Positions 35,527 through 45,283 of a stretch of DNA of 54,069 bases are shown here, piece after piece (the stretch's first letter is position 1; every line of letters starts with the position of its first letter). Both the position numbers and the translations under genes were made by a program. The DNA comes from Candidatus Parcubacteria bacterium (GTDB lineage: Bacteria > Patescibacteriota > Minisyncoccia > Phycocordibacterales > UBA2100). The notes under the pieces were generated by a model that made no database searches, was not told where the DNA came from, and saw only the letters and a list, made by a program, of their open reading frames with translations. The DNA is taken from the NCBI GenBank assembly GCA_003599175.1, contig QZIY01000024.1, positions 1 to 54,069 of the forward strand. Reading direction: 5' to 3'.

Positions 35527-37311
35527 ATGAAATATCTAAGCTTTGAAATTCAGGACTACAGGGCCGTCGCGCGGGCCATAATCCCTGTCGGGAACAACCT
35601 GATTCCGATCATTGGCATAAATGAGTCGGGCAAAACGACAATACTCCAAGCAATTCTCGCTTTCGACAAAAACAAGGACAGATATAACAGGGGAGTACAT
35701 CTCGAACACAAAAATAAATACGAACTCGGCGAAAAGGGTGGCAAGGTATCAGCCCAAATTCTCATCGAATCTAAGGACGACCTTGAATGGATTGCCTCAA
35801 AACTCGATTTGAACGTCGCGACTCCGCGATACAAAGCGCTTGAGGCCTTTTTCGATAATAAGAAGCCGATAACCCTAAGCAGGGTCTTCCCCGGTAAGTT
35901 GTATCAAATCGAGAACACCGAATTTGATATTGGTACAAAAAAAGAGAAAAAAGACATGGCAAATGCGTTATACGAAAGATTGCCGTTCGTGCTCTACTTC
36001 GACGATTTTAGTGATCGTGTTCCGGAACAAATCGAATTCTTCCTGAAATCAGAGTTGCAAATACCCGTTACAAGCCCCGAAGGCGGCCAAACCTTTAGGA
36101 CGCAGAAGATCGACAAACATCGTCCTGCCGTAGCAGACGATGAGTGGCATGAGATTCTTGAGGAGGTTTTCAAGAGAGCGGGAAATCATACTCTCGCGGA
36201 CTTTCTCAAAATGAAGGATGGAGACGATCAAAAAGGCCTCATGAGCGATATTCAGGATACTCTCCAGCGGGAAGTGATGGAGGACTGGAAGAAGCTGAAA
36301 AACTACGGCGGTCATTTTGCCGATGAACCAGAGGATCTTGAATTGAAGCTCGACTGGGAGATAACGGATGACGGAGAGAGCATTATATTCGAGTTTCAAG
36401 TCGAAGATCGTACGGCGAAGAAGAGTCGTTTTTTCAGCATTCCGGAACGCAGCAAGGGATTCCAATGGTTCTTTAACTTTACGATGAAGCTAAAGTTCAA
36501 CCCGAAATATCAAGCGAATCAGAAAGGAGCAATTTATCTCCTTGATGAACCGGGGTCGTATCTACACACATCCGCCCAGGAGGAGCTTCTCAAGAAACTT
36601 AGTGACATATCCAACACAAACACGATCCTATACTGCACGCACTCACAGTATCTTCTAGACCCAGAAGTGATAAACATCGCAAAAATAAAGATCGCAAAAA
36701 AGGAGAAAGGAGTGATTGAGGCGGTCTCATTCGACGAGGCGGGGGTTACGAAAAACGAGGGGGCGCTAACTCCGTTGTACCAGGCGCTTCATATTAAATC
36801 TGGTGCGTTCAACAAGCACGTAAAACACCCGGTAATTACCGAGGGAATCACCGATTTCTACTTGTTCAGCTTACTCAAAAAACATAGCTCAGGTTTTTTC
36901 AAGGATGGAATAGATTTTATTCCCGGAGGAGGCGCAAGTCATCTCACGGAACTAATCTCGCAAGCCATAGCTTTTTCAGATTCCTACCTGGTCCTTCTCG
37001 ATTCTGACGGCGCAGGGCGCGACGCGTATGAAAAATACCGTACCTTTTTCGGGGATGAAGAGGCTAAGAAATTCTTCAAATACAGACTTCACTCAACGGA
37101 TGAAAACGTAGTGCTCGAAGACCACGTATCAGCTGGCGACAAAAAAAGATTGAGCGACATCACGGGGGTCGCGGACGTGAAGGCCGCTTTCCCGGTGCTC
37201 TACTATTCCAAAATTAAGGACCAAAAAGAGTTCATCGGCAATCTCGACGCCGACACTCAGAAAAACCTGAGCATCGTCCAAGGTAAGGTAAACGGCATTG
37301 CAAAGAAATGA
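35527..37311 (+). CDS. OLD-family-like ABC ATPase + TOPRIM nuclease
   Basis: GINESGKTT, RSKGFQWFF, LLDEPGSYLH, THS; VITEGITD and LLDSD TOPRIM motifs. Confidence 0.85.
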   Translation: MKYLSFEIQDYRAVARAIIPVGNNLIPIIGINESGKTTILQAILAFDKNKDRYNRGVHLEHKNKYELGEKGGKVSAQILIESKDDLEWIASKLDLNVATPRYKALEAFFDNKKPITLSRVFPGKLYQIENTEFDIGTKKEKKDMANALYERLPFVLYFDDFSDRVPEQIEFFLKSELQIPVTSPEGGQTFRTQKIDKHRPAVADDEWHEILEEVFKRAGNHTLADFLKMKDGDDQKGLMSDIQDTLQREVMEDWKKLKNYGGHFADEPEDLELKLDWEITDDGESIIFEFQVEDRTAKKSRFFSIPERSKGFQWFFNFTMKLKFNPKYQANQKGAIYLLDEPGSYLHTSAQEELLKKLSDISNTNTILYCTHSQYLLDPEVINIAKIKIAKKEKGVIEAVSFDEAGVTKNEGALTPLYQALHIKSGAFNKHVKHPVITEGITDFYLFSLLKKHSSGFFKDGIDFIPGGGASHLTELISQAIAFSDSYLVLLDSDGAGRDAYEKYRTFFGDEEAKKFFKYRLHSTDENVVLEDHVSAGDKKRLSDITGVADVKAAFPVLYYSKIKDQKEFIGNLDADTQKNLSIVQGKVNGIAKK

Positions 37312-37386
37312 GAACTAAGGCTATGCTTTCTCTTCTCAAAACGGGTGCATTGCGCAGTAGAGTAAGGCAATGATAGGCTATGTCTC

Positions 37387-38163
37387 ATGAAGGCCACAAA
37401 GTATCTAGCCACGGCAATCGGTTGTCTGTTATTTTCTCTCATCTTGCCTACTCAGGCTTCAGCACTCAGTTGCTTCGATGTGGATGGAATGTCAGTTTTT
37501 GGCTACGACGGATACGAGTGGATACATATTGGGGCTATCGGGAATGAATTCAATAGTCTTTCTATTGCGAACGAATTTGGCGCGGGTAATGAGTTCAAAT
37601 CGACTTCTATCTTTAATGAATTCGGAAAATTCGGGAGTAAGTTCAGCTCGTATAGCGCATTCAATGATTTTGCCTACAAGCCACCTATCGTTGTGAGTGA
37701 TAGTTACAAATTCGTTGGATATATGACCACGGGTTACAAGTTTCCAAGCATCAACACCTATGAGGCAATAGCTTGTGCAAACAAATCTTTCCGTTCTCCG
37801 AACAGAGATATGGAAGATGTTACATTCAAAGATATTCCCTCGAGTAGTTCTTCATACAGCAATTCCTACTATCCGTCAGGTGCGTACTCAAGTTATACGC
37901 CATTGAATAGTTGCCCTAAGAATTCAAGTCTTTCGACAAAAGATTTTAGCAGCTGTGTTTGTAACACTGGATACACAACGAATGCGAAAAAAGACGCCTG
38001 TGTTCCAGTTTCGAAAAAAACCAATGATAAAGTTTGCCAAAAGGAATTTGGTTCAAAAAGCTTGTGGGACGGTACAACAAACGTTGATGAAACTCTGAAT
38101 TGCACTTGTAAGAAAGGCTATAGTTTTGATTCGAAAGGCACAAAATGCGTCAAAGATAAGTAA
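37387..38163 (+). CDS. Secreted protein with Cys-rich (EGF-like) C-terminal repeats
   Basis: Signal peptide; SI.NEFG repeats; C.C..GY.....C twice. Confidence 0.75.
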   Translation: MKATKYLATAIGCLLFSLILPTQASALSCFDVDGMSVFGYDGYEWIHIGAIGNEFNSLSIANEFGAGNEFKSTSIFNEFGKFGSKFSSYSAFNDFAYKPPIVVSDSYKFVGYMTTGYKFPSINTYEAIACANKSFRSPNRDMEDVTFKDIPSSSSSYSNSYYPSGAYSSYTPLNSCPKNSSLSTKDFSSCVCNTGYTTNAKKDACVPVSKKTNDKVCQKEFGSKSLWDGTTNVDETLNCTCKKGYSFDSKGTKCVKDK

Positions 38164-38184
38164 TAAATCTGTTCTAGGTAGAAA

Positions 38185-38380
38185 GCGACGCCCAGGTACC
38201 ATTTCATTAAAAGTAGATCCCGGTCGGGGTCGGGGTCGGGGTCGGGGTTGGGCAATGCTTTGGTCGGAAAGTAACCTGTCCAGCGTCCAGCGCCGATTTT
38301 CTAGAGATCGGTGTCAGGTACCGTTTTGAATAAAACTTGTTTTTGGGGGAAACGGTGTCAGGGAAACGGTGTCAGGTACT
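38185..38380. repeat. Cluster of REP-like CGGTGTCAGGTACCG motifs and a (GGTCGG)n tract
   Basis: Copies at 38309-38323, tandem GGGAAACGGTGTCA at 38347-38374, degenerate at 38185-38204; hexamer tract 38222-38252. Confidence 0.7.
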
Positions 38381-38451
38381 TTTTTCTTGATTGGAAACGG
38401 GAAGAAAGCATGGCCTTAAAATGAAATGAGATTTGTGGTATAATGTTATAT

Positions 38452-39003
38452 ATGCAGGATATTGATGCGTTGAGTTTGGAACGGGCTAAAAAGCTCTTTG
38501 GGAGCACTGAGCTCGCTGGCTTTGAGGTTGGCACAATGCGCGGTTTGCAGCAGATCCACGCGTATCTTTTTGATGGGCTCTATGAATTCGCCGGCAAAAT
38601 CCGCACCAAAGACATAAGTAAGGGCGGTTTTCGCTTTGCCTCGCACCTCTATCTCCCTGAGGTTTTGGAGAAGATCGAGCGCATGCCGGAGGCGACGTTT
38701 GAAAATATTGTCGACAAATACGTCGAGATGAACATCGTGCACCCCTTTATGGAGGGCAATGGCCGCTCTATGCGACTGTGGCTCGACTTGATGCTGAAGA
38801 AGAATCTCAAGCAGTGCGTCGATTGGGCGCGTATCGACAAGGTGAGTTATCTCTCCGCGATGGAGCGCAGCCCCGTCAATGCGCTTGAGATACGCGAACT
38901 TCTGCGCAGCGCCTCTACGCTCGACATCGAAAACCGAGATGTCTTTATGAAAGGCATCGAACAGTCCTACTACTACGAAGAGCCTGATTTTTATAAAGAG
39001 TAA
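38452..39003 (+). CDS. fic: Class III Fic protein adenylyltransferase
   Basis: [12 protein letters not shown] motif and C-terminal SYYYE autoinhibitory helix as in Neisseria NmFic. Confidence 0.9.
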   Translation: MQDIDALSLERAKKLFGSTELAGFEVGTMRGLQQIHAYLFDGLYEFAGKIRTKDISKGGFRFASHLYLPEVLEKIERMPEATFENIVDKYVEMNIVHPFMEGNGRSMRLWLDLMLKKNLKQCVDWARIDKVSYLSAMERSPVNALEIRELLRSASTLDIENRDVFMKGIEQSYYYEEPDFYKE

Positions 39004-39026
39004 GACAGAAGCGGTGTTTCCAGAAG

Positions 39027-39044
39027 CAGTGTCTGGTACCGTTT
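39027..39044. repeat. REP-like motif copy downstream of fic
   Basis: CAGTGTCTGGTACCGTTT, variant of the 38309 motif. Confidence 0.6.
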
Positions 39045-39125
39045 ATCCTTTGTGGGCAAGATTCCGTTGCCAGTGGTTCCGCTTCTTGTTATAGATGAGG
39101 CATCAGGGTATCCACCTGGATTGTC

Positions 39126-39560
39126 ATGACCGATAAACAAAGTTCAGTTGTGAAAGCGGTGATTTTTTATCGTGACTATATCGCTGGGCCGCTCTGGGAG
39201 AAGCGCAAGGAAGAATACTACTCGCGCCATGCGAAAGCCTGCTATATCTGCGGTGATACAAAGGGGGTAGAACTCAACCACAAGAAGTATGGAAATTATG
39301 GCCACGAGAAAGATTCGGATCTAGTGGCGCTCTGCCGCACGCACCATCAGATCATTACCGATCGCCACAAAACACGAAAGAACATGCACTACCAGCACGA
39401 CTACATGATTGATGAATTGAAGCGCGAGTGGGACGCGGAGCATGAGGGTAAATCAATTGCTATGACTCCAGTGCGACAGGCGAAATCGTCTCCCGGATCA
39501 GTGGAGAAGGCGTTGGAATCATTGGCGAATCCTATTTGGAAATTGTTTGGGAGAAAGTGA
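39126..39560 (+). CDS. HNH-like endonuclease
   Basis: W...R, CYICG, NHKKY, DLVALCRTHH. Confidence 0.72.
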   Translation: MTDKQSSVVKAVIFYRDYIAGPLWEKRKEEYYSRHAKACYICGDTKGVELNHKKYGNYGHEKDSDLVALCRTHHQIITDRHKTRKNMHYQHDYMIDELKREWDAEHEGKSIAMTPVRQAKSSPGSVEKALESLANPIWKLFGRK

Positions 39561-39648
39561 TCGGCTGAACGTTTCAATTGGCCGCGGAAAAAATAAAGAG
39601 GCCGATGCTGAGTATCGTCTATCTTTCGGGAGAGTGGAGCAGCCGCAA

Positions 39649-39680
39649 AAACAAAACACCCCGTTGGGGGTGTTTTGTTT
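39649..39680. terminator. Bidirectional intrinsic terminator
   Basis: AAACAAAACACCCC-gttg-GGGGTGTTTTGTTT between convergent genes. Confidence 0.85.
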
Positions 39681-39703
39681 GATGCCTGTAAGAAGTGAAG
39701 TAG

Positions 39704-41662
39704 CTAGTTGAGATACAACACATCTGTTTTGAAGTCATCGAGGTCAAACGTGTACAGATTGTACGACGTGTCGTCTGCCGTGCTCCAGGCAATCGCTCCA
39801 AGGAACATGCGGTAGAATCCAGCATCGTCCGATGAATCGTTCAGTCGCGTTACGAAGAGCGAGATCTCAGTCGATTCGCCATCGTCGAGTCGAATGTTGT
39901 CCCCACTTGAACTTAGTGAAGCACCGCGGCTTTTGGTGAAGTTCAGCACATTGGAGAGACCGTCTGTGGTCGCAACACCAGCGCCTTCGACGACATACAG
40001 ATTTCCTTCTGTATCGGTCGAAGCAGTGATGTTCGCGGTGGTGGTGGCTGCAGCAGTCGCCGCGATATAGACCGTATCATCGAGCGCTTCGACGCGGAAT
40101 TTGAGAACGAATGAACCAATGTCGTTGCCAGGACCATCGCTCCCCAAGAGTGATTGAGACGCCGAGATCAATGACACGCTGATTCCGCTGTCGTAGAATG
40201 CCATCTGCTCGCCAAGCGCCGTGCCGCGCATGTCACCTGCGGCGAGATCTTCGCCCGATTCGTCTTCTGCTTCGATCGCATCGCGGTTCGTTGCAGTAAG
40301 TTCTGCGATGAGCGAATCACCGGCGGTGAAGTTACCGCTGAGTTTGTTGATGTCTGCAAGTACAATGACCGTCACTTTGTCTCCCTCGTCGATCTCCAGG
40401 TCGAGACGATCGAAGGTTATGGTCGAGGAGGCAGCGGACGTCGTGATGCTTTCATTGAAGCGGTCACTACCGATGCGCAAGGTCACTGCATGTGCAATCT
40501 CATTGAGATAAGCACCTGTCGCGGTGAGTGTGATCGGAAGTTCATCAATCACCACGTCGGAACCTTTCGCCTCGATCGTGAATTTGAGAAGTTCGACGTT
40601 ATCGGTATCGCTTCTGCTGTCGACATTGACAATACCTGCTTTCGGGCTGTCATTCGTGCGTTGAATTTTCAACTCGACGCCCCTTGCCGTGGCGAATGTT
40701 TCGAATGAGAAGGTGCGCGCATTGCCGATATCTCCTGTCGAGGTATCGGAAATCGAAGCACCCTGTGCATCGCGGAAACGGATGCTGTTGATCGCGACAC
40801 TCCAGGTCTCGCCAAGATCAGCCGAATCCAGGTTCTTGAGGCCAGATACGGCAATCACCAGCTCGCCGGTTTTTCCTGCCTTGATAATGCCGCTCGAGCT
40901 GAGCGAGATTGTGCGATTGAAGTTGTTGTCATCTTCAAACATGTCTGCGTCAACACGGGCGAGTCGTTTGCCATCGAGCCAGACGGAGACTTCATCGGCA
41001 TAGCGATCGAAATCTCGATCTGCCGTAAGCGGCGAGAAGTCGAGTGTAATTGCTGTGATCTCGATATCAGAGCCCCTGTCGGCCTCGATTTCAAGACCCA
41101 TCACGTCGACATTCTGAGCTCCTTCTCCCACCTCTTCATTGTTGAGACTGGAGACAAAGCGTGCATCATCGATGGAGCCTGCGCCACCTTGAAGTGGACC
41201 GGGAGTCGGTGTCGGATTTGGCGTGGGAGTCGGCGTCGGTACGGGTATCGGCGAACATGTCGCATGTACCTGCGCGCGGGTCACCGGGCCGAAGTATCCG
41301 GCCGCTGGCGAGATCGCATTCGCCGCCTGATAACGCGCCAGAGCGGCGCTCGTTGCCGCACCGAAATACGTGGTCTCGTTGCCACGTGATCCTGCTCCCG
41401 TGGATGCGACGACAGAGCCTTTTCCGTTGAGGAAAATTTGCAATTGTCGTACATCTTCGCCGGTTGCGCCTATGGTAAGGTTTCTCGTAAATGCGAAGCA
41501 CGAAGACGGCGTGCTCGCCATCTGTCCTTGCAGGACTGCAATTTGCGCGAGGAGTGCATTGATCTGTGCCTGCAGATCCGCAACGCTCTGCGCTGAAGCG
41601 GGGAGCGCGATCGTCATAGCTATGACGACAAGCGTGCCCGCAAAGAATTTCTTGATATGCAT
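39704..41662 (-). CDS. Secreted PG-binding/S-layer-like surface protein
   Basis: Signal peptide, FTRNLTIGATGEDVRQLQIFLN...YFGPVTRA, PT linker, acidic beta-rich repeats. Confidence 0.85.
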   Translation of the reverse strand: MHIKKFFAGTLVVIAMTIALPASAQSVADLQAQINALLAQIAVLQGQMASTPSSCFAFTRNLTIGATGEDVRQLQIFLNGKGSVVASTGAGSRGNETTYFGAATSAALARYQAANAISPAAGYFGPVTRAQVHATCSPIPVPTPTPTPNPTPTPGPLQGGAGSIDDARFVSSLNNEEVGEGAQNVDVMGLEIEADRGSDIEITAITLDFSPLTADRDFDRYADEVSVWLDGKRLARVDADMFEDDNNFNRTISLSSSGIIKAGKTGELVIAVSGLKNLDSADLGETWSVAINSIRFRDAQGASISDTSTGDIGNARTFSFETFATARGVELKIQRTNDSPKAGIVNVDSRSDTDNVELLKFTIEAKGSDVVIDELPITLTATGAYLNEIAHAVTLRIGSDRFNESITTSAASSTITFDRLDLEIDEGDKVTVIVLADINKLSGNFTAGDSLIAELTATNRDAIEAEDESGEDLAAGDMRGTALGEQMAFYDSGISVSLISASQSLLGSDGPGNDIGSFVLKFRVEALDDTVYIAATAAATTTANITASTDTEGNLYVVEGAGVATTDGLSNVLNFTKSRGASLSSSGDNIRLDDGESTEISLFVTRLNDSSDDAGFYRMFLGAIAWSTADDTSYNLYTFDLDDFKTDVLYLN

Positions 41663-41773
41663 GTTTCTAAGAGTTATGAGAAACAGGGAGTTTCTCTCTG
41701 ATAATTAATAATGTGTTTGCTGCGGCCTTGAAACAACCGACTGAAACGGAGGTGGGAAGACCCACCGTAGCTT

Positions 41774-41875
41774 ATAGACACAGGGGAGGGTACAAATATG
41801 ACACCGGTCAGAAAGGAGCTCCTTATCCGTCTTCATTAACAATCCGTGTCATCTTTTGGGCTACCATGTGTCTAT
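41774..41875. promoter_or_regulatory. Divergent pair of ECF-type promoter motifs TGTCAT-N17/18-GTCTAT
   Basis: Minus strand 41803-41774 and plus strand 41847-41875, both ending TGTGTCTAT. Confidence 0.6.
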
Positions 41876-42368
41876 GACTACAGACCCTCGAGAGCAATTC
41901 GAGCACGCGTATGACGAATACGCCGATGCGATATTTCGCTTCTTGTTCTATCGTCTGCAAAATCGAGAACGAGCACTGGAAATGACACAAGATGTGTTCA
42001 CCCGTTTTTTTGAGTATCTCTCGCGTGGGGGCGTCGTCGAACATACGCGCACCTTTTTATATCGGAGCGCGACCAATGCATTCATCAACGAGATACGAAC
42101 AAAAAAGCGCATTACATCTCTCGATGAGGCGCTTGAGTCCGGCATTGAGTTTCGCTACGACGCTCTCGATGCCGAGGCGCTCGCAGCGCAAAGGGAAGCG
42201 GTAGAGCGTGTGAGATCGCTCGACGAGCCATATCGATCCGCACTCGTCTTGCGGTATGTCGACGACTTGCCGGTGCGTGAGATTGCAGACATTCTTGGAG
42301 CGCGAGAGAATACGGTTTCGGTGTGGATCAAGCGAGGGTTGGAACAACTCAAACAGATTTATGGATAA
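41874..42368 (+). CDS. ECF RNA polymerase sigma factor
   Basis: Region 2 (AIFRF...A.E.TQDVF...FLY.SA.N) and region 4 (LRYVDDL...EIA.ILG..ENTV.V.I.RG). Confidence 0.92.
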   Translation: MTTDPREQFEHAYDEYADAIFRFLFYRLQNRERALEMTQDVFTRFFEYLSRGGVVEHTRTFLYRSATNAFINEIRTKKRITSLDEALESGIEFRYDALDAEALAAQREAVERVRSLDEPYRSALVLRYVDDLPVREIADILGARENTVSVWIKRGLEQLKQIYG

Positions 42369-43212
42369 TACAGAAGAAAAATTTCATACAGACGGACAAA
42401 CAGTTCACCTCCGTGCATCCGAAAAGGCCGCAATCAAAAAGCGTGTCTTGAATACGCAAGTGCCGAAGGTTTCTCAGCCAGTCCCTACGTTTTTCCCCTT
42501 TGTGTATGTAGGAAGAACGGCCCTCGTTGGCCTCCTCTTTTTAATCGTGGGAGGAAGTTCTCTCACCTATGCCGCGCAGCAAAGTGCGCCGGGAGATAGT
42601 CTGTATCATCTTGAAATGTATGTCGTCGAACCCATCGAGGAGGCGATTCAGATAACGCCGAGCGCGAAAATTGCCTATTCGGCAAGTCGCGTTGAAGAGC
42701 GGTTGGAGGAATTGCAGCAGATAAAAGAAGATGTGCCCTCGGAAGAGGTGGCGATTGCGAGTGAGAACGTCAAAGCGCACGTCCAGAACGTGCTCTCGGT
42801 ACTGCCGGAACAGCCAGAGACAGAGAAGAATGTCGACCAGCTGGTCAAGGTGTCGGCGCTTTTGAACGTGCACGAGCATCTTCCCGCTTTCAGTGATGAA
42901 GGAACACAAAGTATTGCTGCGCTGAAAGAAGATGTGACAAGCGAGCTTACCGATCAAGTGTCTGAGTATGCGAACGGGATTTCGCCGATGGATGTCGTGC
43001 AGGAAGTGCAGCAAACATTGATGGAAACATCGGCACTTATTGATGATGCGGCCACCACGACCGACAATGCAATCATTGCTGAACATTTGGCGAACGTTCA
43101 AAATGAGGTAGTCGATGGCAACTTCGACAATGCGCTGCAGGAGGCAGTTGATGCAAAGGTGCAGGCGTTGACGCAAGAATACGCGGCAGACGGCTCTATC
43201 GAGACTGAATAG
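42361..43212 (+). CDS. Putative anti-sigma factor (TM + DUF5667-like domain)
   Basis: Overlaps ECF stop; single TM then YAA..S.PGDSLY.L....E. Confidence 0.75.
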   Translation: MDNTEEKFHTDGQTVHLRASEKAAIKKRVLNTQVPKVSQPVPTFFPFVYVGRTALVGLLFLIVGGSSLTYAAQQSAPGDSLYHLEMYVVEPIEEAIQITPSAKIAYSASRVEERLEELQQIKEDVPSEEVAIASENVKAHVQNVLSVLPEQPETEKNVDQLVKVSALLNVHEHLPAFSDEGTQSIAALKEDVTSELTDQVSEYANGISPMDVVQEVQQTLMETSALIDDAATTTDNAIIAEHLANVQNEVVDGNFDNALQEAVDAKVQALTQEYAADGSIETE

Positions 43213-43314
43213 CGTATCTATAGAGGCGACGCCTCACGAGACTGGCTGCGAAAACAAAGATTGTCGGCGAGAAGCCTGGTGAATTGAAGGAGAAAGATTA
43301 ACGCTCGGCCAAAT

Positions 43315-43351
43315 GAACCGTCTCGGTTTCCAGGTCGAGCGGTTCTTTTTT
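43315..43351 (+). terminator. Intrinsic terminator
   Basis: GAACCG(T)CTCG...CGAGCGGTTC followed by TTTTTT. Confidence 0.7.
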
Positions 43352-43371
43352 GCTATCCACACACCGAAGCG

Positions 43372-43400
43372 CTTTACACGGAGGACAGAGTTGCTATTAT
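43372..43400 (+). promoter_or_regulatory. Sigma70-type promoter of arginase gene
   Basis: TTTACA ~17 nt upstream of TGcTATTAT. Confidence 0.55.
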
Positions 43401-43410
43401 CGCGGCATCC

Positions 43411-43500
43411 CACTCCGGTAAACCTTCGCGGGACAAGTCCAACTCCGAATCAACGTAGCGGGACAAGTCCAACTCCGAATAAACGTAGTGGGATAAGTTA
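43411..43500 (+). repeat. Three tandem 30-nt hairpin repeats in the arginase leader
   Basis: Units at 43411, 43441, 43471: ACTCCG-N11-(C/T)GGGA(C/T)AAGT. Confidence 0.85.
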
Positions 43501-43547
43501 CCGCGAAAAAACCGAAAGGGTCTAACAAAACAATCGTCACATCATAG

Positions 43548-44558
43548 ATGAAACAGAATCAGGATCGCCTTTCGTTCTACGAGCCAAAGGAAAACGGATC
43601 GCCTGTGACTCTCCTCTCGATTCCGCTCGAACTCGGCAGCGATGAGCGCGGGCTTGCCGAATCGCCAAAATATTTGGAACAGAACGGCCTCCTCAAGATG
43701 TTCCCCGCGATCGGGCGGGAAGTGCGCGAACGCCGCAGCATCTTTTGCCCCAAACCAAAGGGAATCGTTTCAGCCGGATCGATGAAAAATCTTGAGGAAG
43801 TGATGTCGGTCGCGCGTCGCACCAAGGCGGCTACAGAAAAGGCGCGAAAGCGCGGGGACACGGTGATTGCGCTTGGTGGGGATCACTCGATCGCACTCGG
43901 CACGATCGCGGGCGCGGCAGCTGCGCACGAGAGCGTAGGACTCATCTATATAGATGCGCATCCGGATTGCGTCACCGACACCACGACCATCTCCGGCAAT
44001 ATTCACGGCATGATCGTCTCGACGGCTACAGGGCAGGGCAACCCGCTGATGACCGACGTCTTTACCCGCACCGTGAAGCCAGACAACGTGCTCTACGTCG
44101 CGATCAAAGAGATCGACCAGCCCGAAATTTCGCTCATTCGCGAGAGCGGCATCCACTATTTCACGATGCTCGACATGGTGATGGATGGCCTCTCGCCCTT
44201 GAAGCAGGCGATCGACGAGCTTTCAAAGCGCGTAGATCATGTGTGGGTGAGCTTGGATCTCGACTCTATCGATGCGCGCTTCGCACCGGGGGTGGCGATG
44301 ACCAACATCGACGGCCTCACGCGCCGCGAGATCATGTCGCTCGCGCACTACATCGGCAAGGTCTGCAATGTTGCAGGCGTCGATATCGTGGAGATGGTGC
44401 CAGCGAAAGATAGGGAGGCGCTGACCGCGAAGCTCGTGATAGAGGTCTTGGCGCGATTCCTTGGAGGACAGTATGGATGGTACGAACAGTATATGGAGCA
44501 CTATGCTTCTACTAATGTAACCAAAGAGCCGGAGAAGGTAAGAGTAAGGCGCGCCTAA
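43548..44558 (+). CDS. Arginase family (ureohydrolase) enzyme
   Basis: GGDHS, DAHPD, SGNIHGM, SLDLDSID...APG. Confidence 0.92.
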   Translation: MKQNQDRLSFYEPKENGSPVTLLSIPLELGSDERGLAESPKYLEQNGLLKMFPAIGREVRERRSIFCPKPKGIVSAGSMKNLEEVMSVARRTKAATEKARKRGDTVIALGGDHSIALGTIAGAAAAHESVGLIYIDAHPDCVTDTTTISGNIHGMIVSTATGQGNPLMTDVFTRTVKPDNVLYVAIKEIDQPEISLIRESGIHYFTMLDMVMDGLSPLKQAIDELSKRVDHVWVSLDLDSIDARFAPGVAMTNIDGLTRREIMSLAHYIGKVCNVAGVDIVEMVPAKDREALTAKLVIEVLARFLGGQYGWYEQYMEHYASTNVTKEPEKVRVRRA

Positions 44559-44593
44559 ATCTTTTTAGACACGCTGTGGTTTGATGACGTCTG

Positions 44594-45250
44594 CTAAGCA
44601 CGCGCTAAAGCCACAAGAGAAACCTCAGTATTAAAATTCTTCAGTGGTTTGCCGGCATTAAGTAGAGTGGCGCCGGTGGTGGTGACGTCGTCTATAAGAA
44701 AGATGTAGGCGTTTTGAATTTTTTCGGTGTTCGATGCGGTGAAGGCGCCGACAACATTGTTGATCCGCTCTTTTCTTGAGAGCTTAGTCTGCGGATTGGT
44801 AGCTTTTGTGCGCTCGAGCGCATCTTTCACAATGATTGCGAGCGTCCCATCCTTGAATTCCTGTGGCAGCGACTCGAGTACCAGCTCTATTTGATTGAAT
44901 CCGCGTTCACGTCTACGCGATATGTGGAGCGGCAAGGGAATGAGAATGATAGATCGGGTAGAAAACGCGCGGATGGAAGAAATTTCTTCACGAAGGTAGT
45001 CAGCAAGCAAATCCGCCGCTATCTTTGCGGCATAGCGGGAGCGATCGTACTTGAGCGCCCGGATCAAATCCGCGACCGCAGCGTTGCGGTAGTCCATAAG
45101 CGTCGTGATCCGCGCGCCGAGAAGTTCGTGCTCGGTCGGCGTGAGCGGAATATCTTCCGCCGTACGCTCCTTCGTCCGAGCACTCCGCGCCCGTAGCGGC
45201 ATCACGGCGTCAACTATTGCTTCAAAACCGCGCTTCAGGCTCTCGATCAT
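44594..45250 (-). CDS. comF: ComF family phosphoribosyltransferase-like competence protein
   Basis: LKY, P.PLH..R.RERGFNQ, Q..L...ER..N, LIDDVTTTGATL. Confidence 0.85.
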   Translation of the reverse strand: MIESLKRGFEAIVDAVMPLRARSARTKERTAEDIPLTPTEHELLGARITTLMDYRNAAVADLIRALKYDRSRYAAKIAADLLADYLREEISSIRAFSTRSIILIPLPLHISRRRERGFNQIELVLESLPQEFKDGTLAIIVKDALERTKATNPQTKLSRKERINNVVGAFTASNTEKIQNAYIFLIDDVTTTGATLLNAGKPLKNFNTEVSLVALARA

Positions 45251-45283
45251 GCAAATATAATTGTAGCTTGGTATAGTGCGTTC

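Noticed and set aside
43411..43500. CRISPR array
   Set aside because: 30-nt total period, 11-nt variable parts nearly identical to each other, and no cas genes in the window.
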